Positions 18,001 to 34,455 of a stretch of 64,000 bases of DNA are shown in pieces. The notes under the pieces were generated by a model. It ran no database searches. It was given only the letters and a program-made list of their open reading frames with translations, and was not told where the DNA came from. The DNA comes from Bugula neritina (lineage: Eukaryota; Animalia; Bryozoa): assembly GCA_964035545.1 (NCBI GenBank), contig CAXIUT010000236.1:1-64000 (forward strand), written 5' to 3'. Both the position numbers and the translations under genes were made by a program. Every line of letters begins with the position of its first letter. Within the stretch, counting starts at the first letter, position 1.

Positions 18001-21000
18001 TGTATAGTTTATATTCTCTATTATATTATATAGTTTATACTCTCTATTATATTATATAGTTTATATTCTCTATTATAATATATAGTATATATTCTCTATT
18101 ATATTATATAGTATATACTCTATTATATTATATAGTTTATATTCTCTATTATATTATATAGTTTATATTCTCTATTATATTATATAGTTTATATTCTCTA
18201 TTATATTGTATAGTTTATATTCTCTATTATATTATATAGTTTATACTCTCTATTATATTATATAGTTTATATTCTCTATTATATTGTATAGTTTATATTC
18301 TCTATTATATTATATAGTTTATATTCTCTATTATATTATATAGTTTATATTCTCTATTATATTATATAGTATACATTCTCTATTATATTGTATAGTTTAT
18401 ATTCTCTATTATATTATATAGTATATACTCTATTATATTATATAGTTTATATTCTCTATTATATTATATAGTATATATTCTCTATTATATTGTATAGTTT
18501 ATATTCTCTATTATATTATACAGTTTATATTCTCTATTATATTATATAGTTTATATTCTCTATTATATTATATAGTTTATACTCTCTATTATATTATATA
18601 GTTTATACTCTCTATTATATTATATAGTTTATACTCTCTATTATATTATATAGTTTATATTCTCTATTATATTATATAGTTTATATTCTCTATTATATTG
18701 TATAGTTTATATTCTCTATTATATTATATAGTTTATATTCTCTATTATATTATATAGTTTATATTCTCTATTATATTGTATAGTTTATATTCTCTATTAT
18801 ATTATATAGTTTATATTCTCTATTATACTATATAGTTTATATTCTCTATTATATTATATAGTATATACTCTCTATTATATTATATAGTTTATACTCTCTA
18901 TTATATTATATAGTTTATACTCTCTATTATATTATATAGTTTATATTCTCTATTATATTATATAGTATATATTCTCTATTATACTATATAGTTTATACTC
19001 TCTATTATATTATATAGTTTATATTCTCTATTATATTATATAGTTTATATTCTCTATTATACTATATAGTTTATATTCTCTATTATATTATATAGTTTAT
19101 ACTCTCTATTATATTATATAGTTTATACTCTCTATTATATTATATAGTTTATACTCTCTATTATATTATATAGTTTATACTCTCTATTATATTATATAGT
19201 TTATATTCTCTATTATATTGTATAGTTTATATTCTCTATTATATTATATAGTATATATTCTCTATTATATTATATAGTATATATTCTCTATTATATTATA
19301 TAGTATATATTCTCTATTATATTATATAGTTTATACTCTCTATTATATTATATAGTATGTACTCTCTATTATATTATATAGTTTATACTCTCTATTATAT
19401 TATATAGTTTATACTCTCTATTATATTATATAGTTTATATTCTCTATTATATTATATAGTTTATATTCTCTATTATATTATATAGTTTATATTCTCTATT
19501 ATACTATATAGTTTATATTCTCTATTATACTATATAGTTTATACTCTCTATTATATTATATAGTTTATACTCTCTATTATATTATATAGTTTATATTCTC
19601 TATTATATTATATAGTTTATACTCTCTATTATATTATATAGTTTATATTCTCTATTATATTATATAGTTTATATTCTCTATTATATTATATAGTTTATAT
19701 TCTCTATTATATTATATAGTTTATATTCTCTATTATATTATATAGTTTATATTCTCTATTATATTATATAGTTTATATTCTCTATTATATTATATAGTTT
19801 ATACTCTCTATTATATTATATAGTTTATATTCTCTATTATATTATATAGTTTATATTCTCTATTATATTATATAGTTTATATTCTCTATTATATTATATA
19901 GTTTATATTCTCTATTATATTATATAGTATATACTCTCTATTATACTATATAGTTTATATTCTCTATTATATTATATAGTTTATATTCTCTATTATATTA
20001 TATAGTTTATATTCTCTATTATATTATATAGTTTATACTCTCTATTATATTATATAGTTTATATTCTCTATTATATTATATAGTTTATATTCTCTATTAT
20101 ATTGTATAGTATATATTCTCTATTATATTATATAGTTTATATTCTCTATTATATTATATTGTATATACTCTATTATATTATATAGTTTATATTCTCTATT
20201 ATATTATATAGTTTATATTCTCTATTATATTATATAGTTTATATTCTCTATTATATTATATAGTTTATATTCTCTATTATATTATATAGTTTATATTCTC
20301 TATTATATTATATAGTATATACTCTCTATTATACTATATAGTTTATATTCTCTATTATATTGTATAGTTTATATTCTCTATTATATTATATAGTTTATAT
20401 TCTCTATTATATTATATAGTATATATTCTCTATTATATTATATAGTTTATACTCTCTATTATATTATATAGTTTATATTCTCTATTATATTATATAGTTT
20501 ATACTCTCTATTATATTATATAGTTTATATTCTCTATTATATTATATAGTTTATATTCTCTATTATATTATATAGTATATATTCTCTATTATATTATATA
20601 GTTTATACTCTCTATTATATTATATAGTTTATATTCTCTATTATATTATATAGTTTATACTCTCTATTATATTATATAGTTTATATTCTCTATTATACTA
20701 TATAGTTTATATTCTCTATTATATTATATAGTTTATATTCTCTATTATATTATATAGTTTATACTCTCTATTATATTATATAGTTTATATTCTCTATTAT
20801 ATTATATAGTTTATATTCTCTATTATATTGTATAGTATATATTCTCTATTATATTATATAGTTTATATTCTCTATTATATTATATTGTATATACTCTATT
20901 ATATTATATAGTATATACTCTATCATATTATATAGTTTATATTCTCTATTATATTATATAGTTTATATTCTCTATTATATTATATAGTTTATATTCTCTA

Positions 21001-24000
21001 TTATATTATATAGTTTATATTCTCTATTATATTATATAGTATATACTCTCTATTATACTATATAGTTTATATTCTCTATTATATTGTATAGTTTATATTC
21101 TCTATTATATTATATAGTTTATATTCTCTATTATATTATATAGTATATATTCTCTATTATATTATATAGTTTATACTCTCTATTATATTATATAGTTTAT
21201 ATTCTCTATTATATTATATAGTTTATACTCTCTATTATATTATATAGTTTATATTCTCTATTATACTATATAGTTTATATTCTCTATTATATTGTATAGT
21301 TTATATTCTCTATTATATTATATAGTTTATATTCTCTATTATATTATATAGTTTATATTCTCTATTATATTATATAGTATATATTCTCTATTATACTATA
21401 TAGTTTATACTCTCTATTATACTATATAGTTTATACTCTCTATTATATTATATAGTTTATACTCTCTATTATATTATATAGTTTATACTCTCTATTATAT
21501 TATATAGTTTATACTCTCTATTATATCATATAGTTTATACTCTCTATTATATTATAGTTTATATTCTCTATTATATTATATAGTTTATATTCTCTATTAT
21601 ATTATATAGTTTATACTCTCTATTATACTATATAGTTTATATTCTCTATTATATTATATAGTATACACTCTCTATTATATTATATAGTTTATATTCTCTA
21701 TTATATTATATAGTTTATATTCTCTATTATATTATATAGTATATACTCTCTATTATACTATATAGTTTATATTCTCTATTATATTGTATAGTTTATATTC
21801 TCTATTATACTATATAGTTTATATTCTCTATTATATTATATAGTTTATATTCTCTATTATATTATATAGTTTATATTCTCTATTATACTATATAGTTTAT
21901 ATTCTCTATTATACTATATAGTTTATACTCTCTATTATATTATATAGTTTATACTCTCTATTATATTATATAGTTTATATTCTCTATTATATTATATAGT
22001 TTATATTCTCTATTATATTATATAGTTTATACTCTCTATTATATTATATAGTTTATATTCTCTATTATATTATATAGTTTATATTCTCTATTATATTATA
22101 TAGTTTATATTCTCTATTATATTATATAGTTTATATTCTCTATTATATTATATAGTTTATATTCTCTATTATATTGTATAATTTATATTCTCTATTATAT
22201 TATATAGTTTATATTCTCTATTATATTGTATAGTTTATATTCTCTATTATATTATATAGTTTATATTCTCTATTATATTATATAGTTTATATTCTCTATT
22301 ATATTATATAGTTTATACTCTCTATTATATTATATAGTTTATACTCTCTATTATATTATATAGTATATATTCTCTATTATATTATATAGTTTATATTCTC
22401 TATTATATTATATAGTTTATACTCTCTATTATATTATATAGTTTATACTCTCTATTATATTATATAGTTTATATTCTCTATTATATTATATAGTTTACTC
22501 TCTATTATATTATATAGTTTATATTCTCTATTATATTATATAGTTTATATTCTCTATTATATTATATAGTTTATATTCTATATTATATTATAGTTTATAT
22601 TCTCTATTATACTATATAGTTTATATTCTCTATTATATTGTATAGTATATATTCTCTATTATATTATATAGTTTATATTCTCTATTATATTGTATAGTAT
22701 ATACTCTCTATTATATTATATAGTTTATACTCTCTATTATATTATATAGTTTATATTCTCTATTATATTATATAGTATATATTCTCTATTATATTATATA
22801 GTTTATATTCTCTATTATATTATATAGTTTATATTCTCTATTATATTATATAGTTTATATTCTCTATTATATTATATAGTTTATATTCTCTATTATATTA
22901 TATAGTTTATATTCTCTATTATATTATATAGTATATACTCTCTATTATATTATATAGTTTATATTCTTTATTATATTATATAGTTTATATTCTCTATTAT
23001 ATTATATAGTATATATTCTCTATTATATTATATAGTTTATATTCTCTATTATATTATATAGTTTATATTCTCTATTATATTATATAGTTTATACTCTCTA
23101 TTATATTATATAGTTTATACTCTCTATTATATTATATAGTTTATACTCTCTATTATATTATTTAGTTTATATTCTCTATTATATTATATAGTTTACTCTC
23201 TATTATATTGTATAGTTTATATTCTCTATTATATTATATAGTTTATATTCTCTATTATATTGTATAGTATATATTCTCTATTATATTATAGTTTATACTC
23301 TCTATTATATTATATAGTTTATATTCTCTATTATATTATATAGTTTATATTCTCTATTATATTATATAGTATATATTCTCTATTATATTATAGTTTATAC
23401 TCTCTATTATATTATATAGTTTATATTCTCTATTATATTATATAGTATATACTCTCTATTATATTATATAGTATATATTCTCTATTATATTGTATAGTTT
23501 ATACTCTCTATTATATTATATAGTTTATACTCTCTATTATATTATATAGTTTATATTCTCTATTATATTATATAGTTTATATTCTCTATTATATTATATA
23601 GTTTATATTCTCTATTATATTATATAGTATATATTCTCTATTATATTATATAGTTTATATTCTCTATTATATTATTTAGTTTATATTCTCTATTATATTA
23701 TATAGTTTACTCTCTATTATATTATATAGTTTATATTCTCTATTATATTATATAGTTTATATTCTCTATTATATTATATAGTATATACTCTCTATTATAT
23801 TATATAGTTTATACTCTCTATTATATTATTTAGTTTATATTCTCTATTATATTATATAGTTTATATTCTCTATTATATTATATAGTTTATATTCTCTATT
23901 ATATTATATAGTATATACTCTCTATTATATTATATAGTTTATATTCTCTATTATATTATATAGTTTATATTCTCTATTATATTATATAGTTTATATTCTC

Positions 24001-27000
24001 TATTATATTATATAGTATATACTCTCTATTATATTATATAGTTTATATTCTTTATTATATTATATAGTTTATATTCTCTATTATATTATATAGTATATAC
24101 TCTCTATTATATTATATAGTTTATACTCTCTATTATATTATTTAGTTTATATTCTCTATTATATTATATAGTTTACTCTCTATTATATTGTATAGTTTAT
24201 ATTCTCTATTATATTATATAGTTTATATTCTCTATTATATTATATAGTTTATATTCTCTATTATATTATATAGTATATATTCTCTATTATATTATATAGT
24301 TTATATTCTCTATTATATTATATAGTTTATACTCTCTATTATATTATATAGTTTATATTCTATTATATTATATAGTATATACTCTCTATTATATTATATA
24401 GTTTATATTCTCTATTATATTATATAGTGTATACTCTCTATTATATTGTATAGTATATATTCTCTATTATATTATAGTTTATACTCTCTATTATATTATA
24501 TAGTTTATATTCTCTATTATATTATATAGTTTATATTCTCTATTATATTATATAGTATATATTCTCTATTATATTATAGTTTATACTCTCTATTATATTA
24601 TATAGTTTATATTCTCTATTATATTATATAGTATATACTCTCTATTATATTATATAGTATATATTCTCTATTATATTGTATAGTTTATACTCTCTATTAT
24701 ATTATATAGTTTATACTCTCTATTATATTATATAGTTTATATTCTCTATTATATTATATAGTTTATATATTCTATTATATTATATAGTTTATATTCTCTA
24801 TTATATTATATAGTATATATTCTCTATTATATTATATAGTTTATATTCTCTATTATATTATTTAGTTTATATTCTCTATTATATTATATAGTTTACTCTC
24901 TATTATATTATATAGTTTATATTCTCTATTATATTATATAGTTTATATTCTCTATTATATTATATAGTATATACTCTCTATTATATTATATAGTTTATAC
25001 TCTCTATTATATTATTTAGTTTATATTCTCTATTATATTATATAGTTTACTCTCTATTATATTATATAGTTTATATTCTCTATTATATTATATAGTTTAT
25101 ATTCTCTATTATATTATATAGTATATATTCTCTATTATATTATATAGTTTATATTCTCTATTATATTATATAGTTTATATTCTCTATTATATTATATAGT
25201 TTACTCTCTATTATATTATATAGTTTATATTCTCTATTATATTATATAGTTTATATTCTCTATTATATTATATAGTATATATTCTCTATTATATTATAGT
25301 TTATATTCTCTATTATACTATATAGTTTATATTCTCTATTATATTGTATAGTATATATTCTCTATTATATTATATAGTTTATATTCTCTATTATATTGTA
25401 TAGTATATACTCTCTATTATATTATATAGTTTATACTCTCTATTATATTATATAGTTTATATTCTCTATTATATTATATAGTATATACTCTCTATTATAT
25501 TATATAGTTTATATTCTCTATTATATTATATAGTATATACTCTATTATATTATATAGTTTATATTCTCTATTATATTATATAGTATATATTCTCTATTAT
25601 ATTATATAGTTTATATTCTCTATTATATTATAGTTTATATTCTCTATTATATTATATTGTTTATATTCTCTATTATATTATATAGTTTATATTCTCTATT
25701 ATATTATATAGTTTATATTCTCTATTAAATTATATAGTTTATATTCTCTATTATATTATATAGTATATACTCTCTATTATACTATATAGTTTATATTCTC
25801 TATTATATTATATAGTTTATATTCTCTATTATATTATATAGTTTATATTCTCTATTATATTATATAGTTTATATTCTCTATTATATTATATAGTTTATAT
25901 TCTCTATTATATTATATAGTTTATATTCTCTATTATATTATATAGTTTATATTCTCTATTATATTATAGTTTATATTCTCTATTATATTATATAGTATAT
26001 ATTATCTATTATATTATATAGTTTATATTCTCTATTATATTATATAGTTTATATTCTCTATTATATTATATAGTTTATATTCTCTATTATATTATATAGT
26101 TTATATTCTCTATTATATTATATAGTTTATATTCTCTATTATATTATATAGTTTATATTCTCTATTATATTATATAGTTTATATTCTCTATTATTTTATA
26201 TAGTTTATATTCTCTATTATATTATATAGTTTATATTCTCTATTATATTATATAGTTTATATTCTCTATTATATTATATAGTTTATATTCTCTATTATAT
26301 TATATAGTTTATATTCTCTATTATATTGTATAGTTTATATTCTCTATTATATTATATAGTATATATTATCTATTATATTATATAGTTTATATTCTCTATT
26401 ATATTATATAGTTTATATTCTCTATTATATTATATAGTTTATATTCTCTATTATATTATATAGTATATACTCTCTATTATATTATATAGTTTATATTCTC
26501 TATTATATTATATAGTTTATACTCTCTATTATATTATATAGTTTATACTCTCTATTATATTATATAGTTTATATTCTCTATTATATTATATAGTTTATAT
26601 TCTCTATTATATTATATAGTTTATATTCTCTATTATATTGTATAGTTTATATTCTCTATTATATTATATAGTTTATACTCTCTATTATATCATATAGTTT
26701 ATATTCTCTATTATATTATATAGTATATACTCTCTATTATATTATATAGTTTATATTCTCTATTATATTATATAGTATATACTCTATTATATTATATAGT
26801 TTATATTCTCTATTATATTGTATAGTTTATATTCTCTATTATATTATATAGTTTATACTCTCTATTATATTATATAGTTTATATTCTCTATTATATTATA
26901 TAGTATATACTCTCTATTATATTATATAGTTTATATTCTCTATTATATTATATAGTTTATACTCTCTATTATATTATATAGTTTATATTCTCTATTATAT

Positions 27001-30000
27001 TATAGTTTATATTCTCTATTATATTATATAGTTTATATTCTCTATTATATTATATAGTATATACTCTCTATTATATTGTATAGTTTATATTCTCTATTAT
27101 ATTATATAGTTTATACTCTCTATTATATTATATAGTTTATACTCTCTATTATATTATATAGTTTATACTCTCTATTATATTATATAGTTTATACTCTCTA
27201 TTATATTATATAGTTTATATTCTCTATTATATTATATAGTTTATATTCTCTATTATATTATATAGTTTATATTCTCTATTATATTATATAGTGTATATTC
27301 TCTATTATATTATATAGTTTATATTCTCTATTATATTATATAGTTTATATTCTCTATTATAATATTATAGTTTATATTCTCTATTATATTATATAGTTTA
27401 TATTCTCTATTATAATATTATAGTTTATATTCTCTATTATATTATATAGTTTATATTCTCTATTATATTATATAGTTTATATTCTCTATTATATTATATA
27501 GTTTATACTCTCTATTATATTATATAGTTTATACTCTCTATTATATTATATAGTTTATATTCTCTATTATATTATATAGTTTATATTCTCTATTATATTA
27601 TATAGTTTATATTCTCTATTATATTGTATAGTTTATATTCTCTATTATATTATATAGTTTATATTCTCTATTATATTATATAGTTTATACTCTCTATTAT
27701 ATTATATAGTTTATATTCTCTATTATATTATATAGTTTATATTCTCTATTATATTGTATAGTTTATATTCTCTATTATATTATATAGTTTATATTCTCTA
27801 TTATATTGTATAGTTTATATTCTCTATTATATTATATAGTTTATATTCTCTATTATATTATATAGTTTATACTCTCTATTATATTATATAGTTTATACTC
27901 TCTATTATATTATATAGTTTATATTCTCTATTATATTATATAGTTTATATTCTCTATTATATTATATAGTTTATATTCTCTATTATATTATATAGTTTAT
28001 ATTCTCTATTATATTATATAGTATATATTCTCTATTATATTATATAGTTTATATTCTCTATTATATTATATAGTTTATACTCTCTATTATATTATATAGT
28101 ATATACTCTATTATATTATATAGTTTATATTCTCTATTATATTATATAGTTTATACTCTCTATTATATTATATAGTTTATACTCTCTATTATATTATATA
28201 GTATATATTCTCTATTATATTGTATAGTTTATACTCTCTATTATATTATATAGTTTATATTCTCTATTATATTATATAGTTTATATTCTCTATTATATTG
28301 TATAGTATATATTCTCTATTATATTATATAGTTTATATTCTCTATTATATTGTATAGTATATATTCTCTATTATATTATATAGTTTATATTCTCTATTAT
28401 ATTATATAGTTTATATTCTCTATTATATTATATAGTTTATACTCTCTATTATATTATATAGTATATATTCTCTATTATATTATATAGTTTATATTCTCTA
28501 TTATATTGTATAGTATATATTCTCTATTATATTATATAGTTTATATTCTCTATTATATTATATAGTTTATATTCTCTATTATATTGTATAGTATATATTC
28601 TCTATTATATTATATAGTTTATATTCTCTATTATATTGTATAGTATATATTCTCTATTATATTATATAGTTTATATTCTCTATTATATTATATAGTTTAT
28701 ATTCTCTATTATATTATATAGTATATACTCTATTATATTATATAGTTTATATTCTCTATTATATTATATAGTTTATATTCTCTATTATATTATATAGTTT
28801 ATATTCTCTATTATATTATGTAGTTTATATTCTCTATTATATTATATAGTTTATACTCTCTATTATATTATATAGTATATATTCTCTATTATATTGTATA
28901 GTTTATACTCTCTATTATATTATATAGTTTATATTCTCTATTATATTATATAGTTTATATTCTCTATTATATTGTATAGTATATATTCTCTATTATATTA
29001 TATAGTTTATATTCTCTATTATATTATATAGTTTATACTCTCTATTATATTATATAGTATATATTCTCTATTATATTGTATAGTTTATACTCTCTATTAT
29101 ATTATATAGTTTATATTCTCTATTATATTATATAGTTTATATTCTCTATTATATTGTATAGTATATATTCTCTATTATATTATATAGTTTATATTCTCTA
29201 TTATATTGTATAGTATATATTCTCTATTATATTATATAGTTTATATTCTCTATTATATTATATAGTTTATATTCTCTATTATATTATATAGTTTATACTC
29301 TCTATTATATTATATAGTATATATTCTCTATTATATTATAGTTTATATTCTCTATTATATTATATGGTTTATATTCTCTATTATATTATATAGTTTATAT
29401 TCTCTATTATATTATATAGTTTATATTCTCTATTATATTATATAGTTTATATTCTCTATTATATTATATAGTTTATACTCTCTATTATATTATATAGTAT
29501 ATATTCTCTATTATATTGTATAGTTTATACTCTCTATTATATTATATAGTATATATTCTCTATTATATTGTATAGTTTATATTCTCTATTATATTATATA
29601 GTTTATATTCTCTATTATATTATATAGTTTATACTCTCTATTATATTATATAGTATATATTCTCTATTATATTGTATAGTTTATACTCTCTATTATATTA
29701 TATAGTTTATATTCTCTATTATATTATATAGTTTATATTCTCTATTATATTGTATAGTATATATTCTCTATTATATTATATAGTTTATATTCTCTATTAT
29801 ATTATATAGTTTATATTCTCTATTATATTATATAGTTTATACTCTCTATTATATTATATAGTTTATATTCTCTATTATATTATATAGTTTATATTCTCTA
29901 TTATATTATATAGTTTATACTCTCTATTATATTATATAGTATATATTCTCTATTATATTATAGTTTATATTCTCTATTATATTATATGGTTTATATTCTC

Positions 30001-32760
30001 TATTATATTATATAGTTTATATTCTCTATTATATTATATAGTTTATATTCTCTATTATATTATATAGTTTATATTCTCTATTATATTATATAGTTTATAC
30101 TCTCTATTATATTATATAGTATATATTCTCTATTATATTGTATAGTTTATACTCTCTATTATATTATATAGTATATATTCTCTATTATATTGTATAGTTT
30201 ATATTCTCTATTATATTATATAGTTTATATTCTCTATTATATTATATAGTTTATACTCTCTATTATATTATATAGTATATATTCTCTATTATATTGTATA
30301 GTTTATACTCTCTATTATATTATATAGTTTATATTCTCTATTATATTATATAGTTTATATTCTCTATTATATTGTATAGTATATATTCTCTATTATATTA
30401 TATAGTTTATATTCTCTATTATATTGTATAGTATATATTCTCTATTATATTATATAGTTTATATTCTCTATTATATTGTATAGTATATATTCTCTATTAT
30501 ATTATATAGTTTATACTCTCTATTATATTATATAGTTTACTCTCTATTATATTATATAGTTTATACTCTCTATTATATTATATAGTTTATATTCTCTATT
30601 ATATTATATAGTTTATACTCTCTATTATATTATATAGTTTATATTCTCTATTATATTATATAGTTTATATTCTCTATTATATTATATAGTTTATATTCTC
30701 TATTATATTATATAGTATATATTCTCTATTATATTATATAGTTTATATTCTCTATTATATTGTATAGTTTATATTCTCTATTATATTATATAGTTTATAC
30801 TCTCTATTATATTATATAGTATATATTCTCTATTATATTATATAGTTTATACTCTCTATTATATTATATAGTTTATACTCTCTATTATATTATATAGTTT
30901 ATACTCTCTATTATATTATATAGTATATATTCTCTATTATATTGTATAGTTTATACTCTCTATTATATTATATAGTTTATATTCTCTATTATATTATATA
31001 GTTTATATTCTCTATTATATTGTATAGTATATATTCTCTATTATATTATATAGTTTATATTCTCTATTATATTGTATAGTATATATTCTCTATTATATTA
31101 TATAGTTTATATTCTCTATTATATTATATAGTTTATATTCTCTATTATATTATATAGTTTATACTCTCTATTATATTATATAGTTTATATTCTCTATTAT
31201 ATTATATAGTTTATACTCTCTATTATATTATATAGTATATATTCTCTATTATATTATATAGTTTATATTCTCTATTATATTATATAGTTTATATTCTCTA
31301 TTATATTATATAGTATATATTCTCTATTATATTATATAGTTTATATTCTCTATTATATTATATAGTTTATATTCTCTATTATATTATATAGTATATATTC
31401 TCTATTATATTATATAGTTTATATTCTCTATTATATTATATAGTTTATATTCTCTATTATATTATATAGTATATATTCTCTATTATATTATATAGTTTAT
31501 ATTCTCTATTATATTATATAGTTTATACTCTCTATTATATTATATAGTATATACTCTATTATATTATATAGTTTATATTCTCTATTATATTATATAGTTT
31601 ATATTCTCTATTATATTATATAGTATATACTCTATTATATTATATAGTTTATATTCTCTATTATATTATATAGTTTATACTCTCTATTATATTATATAGT
31701 TTATACTCTCTATTATATTATATAGTATATATTCTCTATTATATTGTATAGTTTATACTCTCTATTATATTATATAGTTTATATTCTCTATTATATTATA
31801 TAGTTTATATTCTCTATTATATTGTATAGTATATATTCTCTATTATATTATATAGTTTATATTCTCTATTATATTATATAGTTTATATTCTCTATTATAT
31901 TATATAGTATATATTCTCTATTATATTATATAGTTTATACTCTCTATTATATTATATAGTTTATATTCTCTATTATATTATATAGTTTATACTCTCTATT
32001 ATATTATATAGTATATATTCTCTATTATATTATATAGTTTATATTCTCTATTATATTATATAGTTTATATTCTCTATTATATTATATAGTTTATACTCTC
32101 TATTATATTATATAGTATATATTCTCTATTATATTATATAGTTTATACTCTCTATTATATTATATAGTTTATACTCTCTATTATATTATATAGTTTATAT
32201 TCTCTATTATATTGTATAGTTTATACTCTATTATATTATATAGTTTATATTCTCTATTATATTATATAGTTTATATTCTCTATTATATTGTATAGTTTAT
32301 ACTCTATTATATTATATAGTTTATATTCTCTATTATATTATATAGTTTATATTCTCTATTATATTATATAGTTTATACTCTCTATTATATTATATAGTAT
32401 ATATTCTCTATTATATTATATAGTTTATATTCTCTATTATATTGTATAGTATATATTCTCTATTATATTATATAGTTTATATTCTCTATTATATTATATA
32501 GTTTATACTCTCTATTATATTATATAGTATATATTCTCTATTATATTATATAGTTTATATTCTCTATTATATTGTATAGTATATATTCTCTATTATATTA
32601 TATAGTTTATATTCTCTATTATATTATATAGTTTATATTCTCTATTATATTATATAGTTTATATTCTCTATTATATTATATAGTTTATATTCTCTATTAT
32701 ATTATATAGTTTATATTCTCTATTATATTATATAGTTTATATTCTCTATTATATTATATA
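15031..32760 (-). repeat. 26-bp satellite array, right arm in reverse-complement orientation (ATTATATTATATAGTTTATATTCTCT), roughly 680 monomers, clean
   Basis: Reverse complement of the left-arm monomer from 15031; few indels; ends abruptly at 32760. Confidence 0.98.
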
Positions 32761-33598
32761 ACATTTACAGTAATACAGTAGAACTATCTAATAGCAGTGC
32801 TGACTAGTAACATTTACAGTAATACAGAGAACTATCTTATAGCAGTGCTGACTAGTAACATTTACAGTAATACAGTAGAACTATCTTATAGCAGTGCTGA
32901 CTAGTAACATTTACAGTAATACAGAGAACTATCTTATAGCAGTGCTGACTAATAACATTTACAGTAATACAGTAGAACTATCTTATAGCAGTGCTGACTA
33001 GTAACATTTACAGTAATACAGTAGAACTATCTTATAGCAGTGCTGACTAGTAACATTTACAGTAATACAGTAGAACTATCTTATAGCAGTGCTGACTAGT
33101 AACATTTACAGTAATACAGTAGAACTATCTTATAGCAGTGCTGACTAGTAACATTTACAGTAATACAGTAGAACTATCTTATAGCAGTGCTGACTATAGT
33201 AACATTTACAGTAATACAGTAGAACTATCTTATAGCAGTGCTGACTAGTAACATATACAGTAATACAGTAGAACTATCTTATAGCAGTGCTGACTAGTAA
33301 CATTTACAGTAATACAGTAGAACTATCTTATAGCAGTGCTCACTAATAACATTTACAGTGATACAGTAGAACTATCTTATAGCAGTGCTGACTAATAACA
33401 TTTACAGTAATAGAGTAGAACTATCTTATAGCAGTGCTGACTAGTAACATTTACAGTAATACAGAGAACTATCTTATAGCAGTGCTGACTAGTAACATTT
33501 ACAGTAATACAGTAGAACTATCTTATAGCAGTGCTCACTAATAACATATACAGTAATACAGTAGAACTATCTTATAGCAGTGCTGACTAGTAACATAT
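32761..33598 (+). repeat. 49-bp minisatellite (ACATTTACAGTAATACAGTAGAACTATCTTATAGCAGTGCTGACTAGTA), ~17 copies
   Basis: ACATTTACAG recurs at 32761, 32810 and onward; some 47-bp deletion variants; head-to-tail with no spacers. Confidence 0.95.
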
Positions 33599-33812
33599 AT
33601 ACTATATAATATTACAGTATAATATAGTATGATATACTGTATAATATATTACAGTATAATATAGTATGATATACTATATAATATGTTACAGTATAATATA
33701 GTATGATACACTATAATATATTACAGTATAATATAGTATGGTATAATATAATATATTACAGTATAATATAGTATGATATACTATAATATATTACAGCATA
33801 ATATAGTATAAA
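33599..33812 (+). repeat. 35-37-bp minisatellite (TACTATATAATATTACAGTATAATATAGTATGATA), ~6 copies
   Basis: TTACAGTATAATATAGTATGATA recurs every 35-37 nt. Confidence 0.85.
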
Positions 33813-33833
33813 TTACAATATGTTTGCCAACAG

Positions 33834-33956
33834 GGGGAGTGCTGATTGCTGTGGTTACAATTGTCTTTGGCTTCGCTACTTACTACTTCATAAAGAATTA
33901 TGGGAATGCAAAAGTTGCGGATGGGAGAGCATTTCAGCGAAATCAACAAAGGCTAG
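33834..33956 (+). CDS. Putative internal coding exon (123 bp, phase 1-1) encoding a transmembrane helix plus juxtamembrane tail: (G)GVLIAVVTIVFGFATYYFIKNYGNAKVADGRAFQRNQQRL
   Basis: GC-richer island in AT-rich repeats; CAG acceptor 33831-33833; AG|GTATAT donor at 33957; open frame with ~19 hydrophobic residues followed by Lys and a polar tail. Confidence 0.65.
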
Positions 33957-34455
33957 GTATATATTACTTTATTGTATTACTGTATTATATTAATATATTA
34001 TACTACTATATTATGTTACTATATTATGTTACTGTGTTGTGTTATATTGCTTTATTATATTACTATATTATACACAGTTAAGTGTATGTTACTGTATATA
34101 CTATATATTACTACAATACATTGCTACGTTAGTTATATATAATTTATATAATATGATCCCATACAAGGTATAAATAATCAAATTGCAACATTATATAAGC
34201 TATATACTATACTATATATTATATTTTATGAAGTATATATAATACATCAGACTATTATAGTATTTTAGCTGTTATGTGATTAGTAAATTATAAAATAATG
34301 CTAGTATAATAATAAGGAATAATGGTTTATTTATAATACATAAATTATAAGAAAAAATAATATATTCATAATATATAAATTAGAACTACTTAATAATATA
34401 TAATTCATATTATATGAGTTGAAAGTAAAAATATATTTATTGCATTTTGTGACAG

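Noticed and set aside
32761-33598. CRISPR array
   Set aside because: Head-to-tail monomers with no unique spacers, eukaryotic context, no cas genes.
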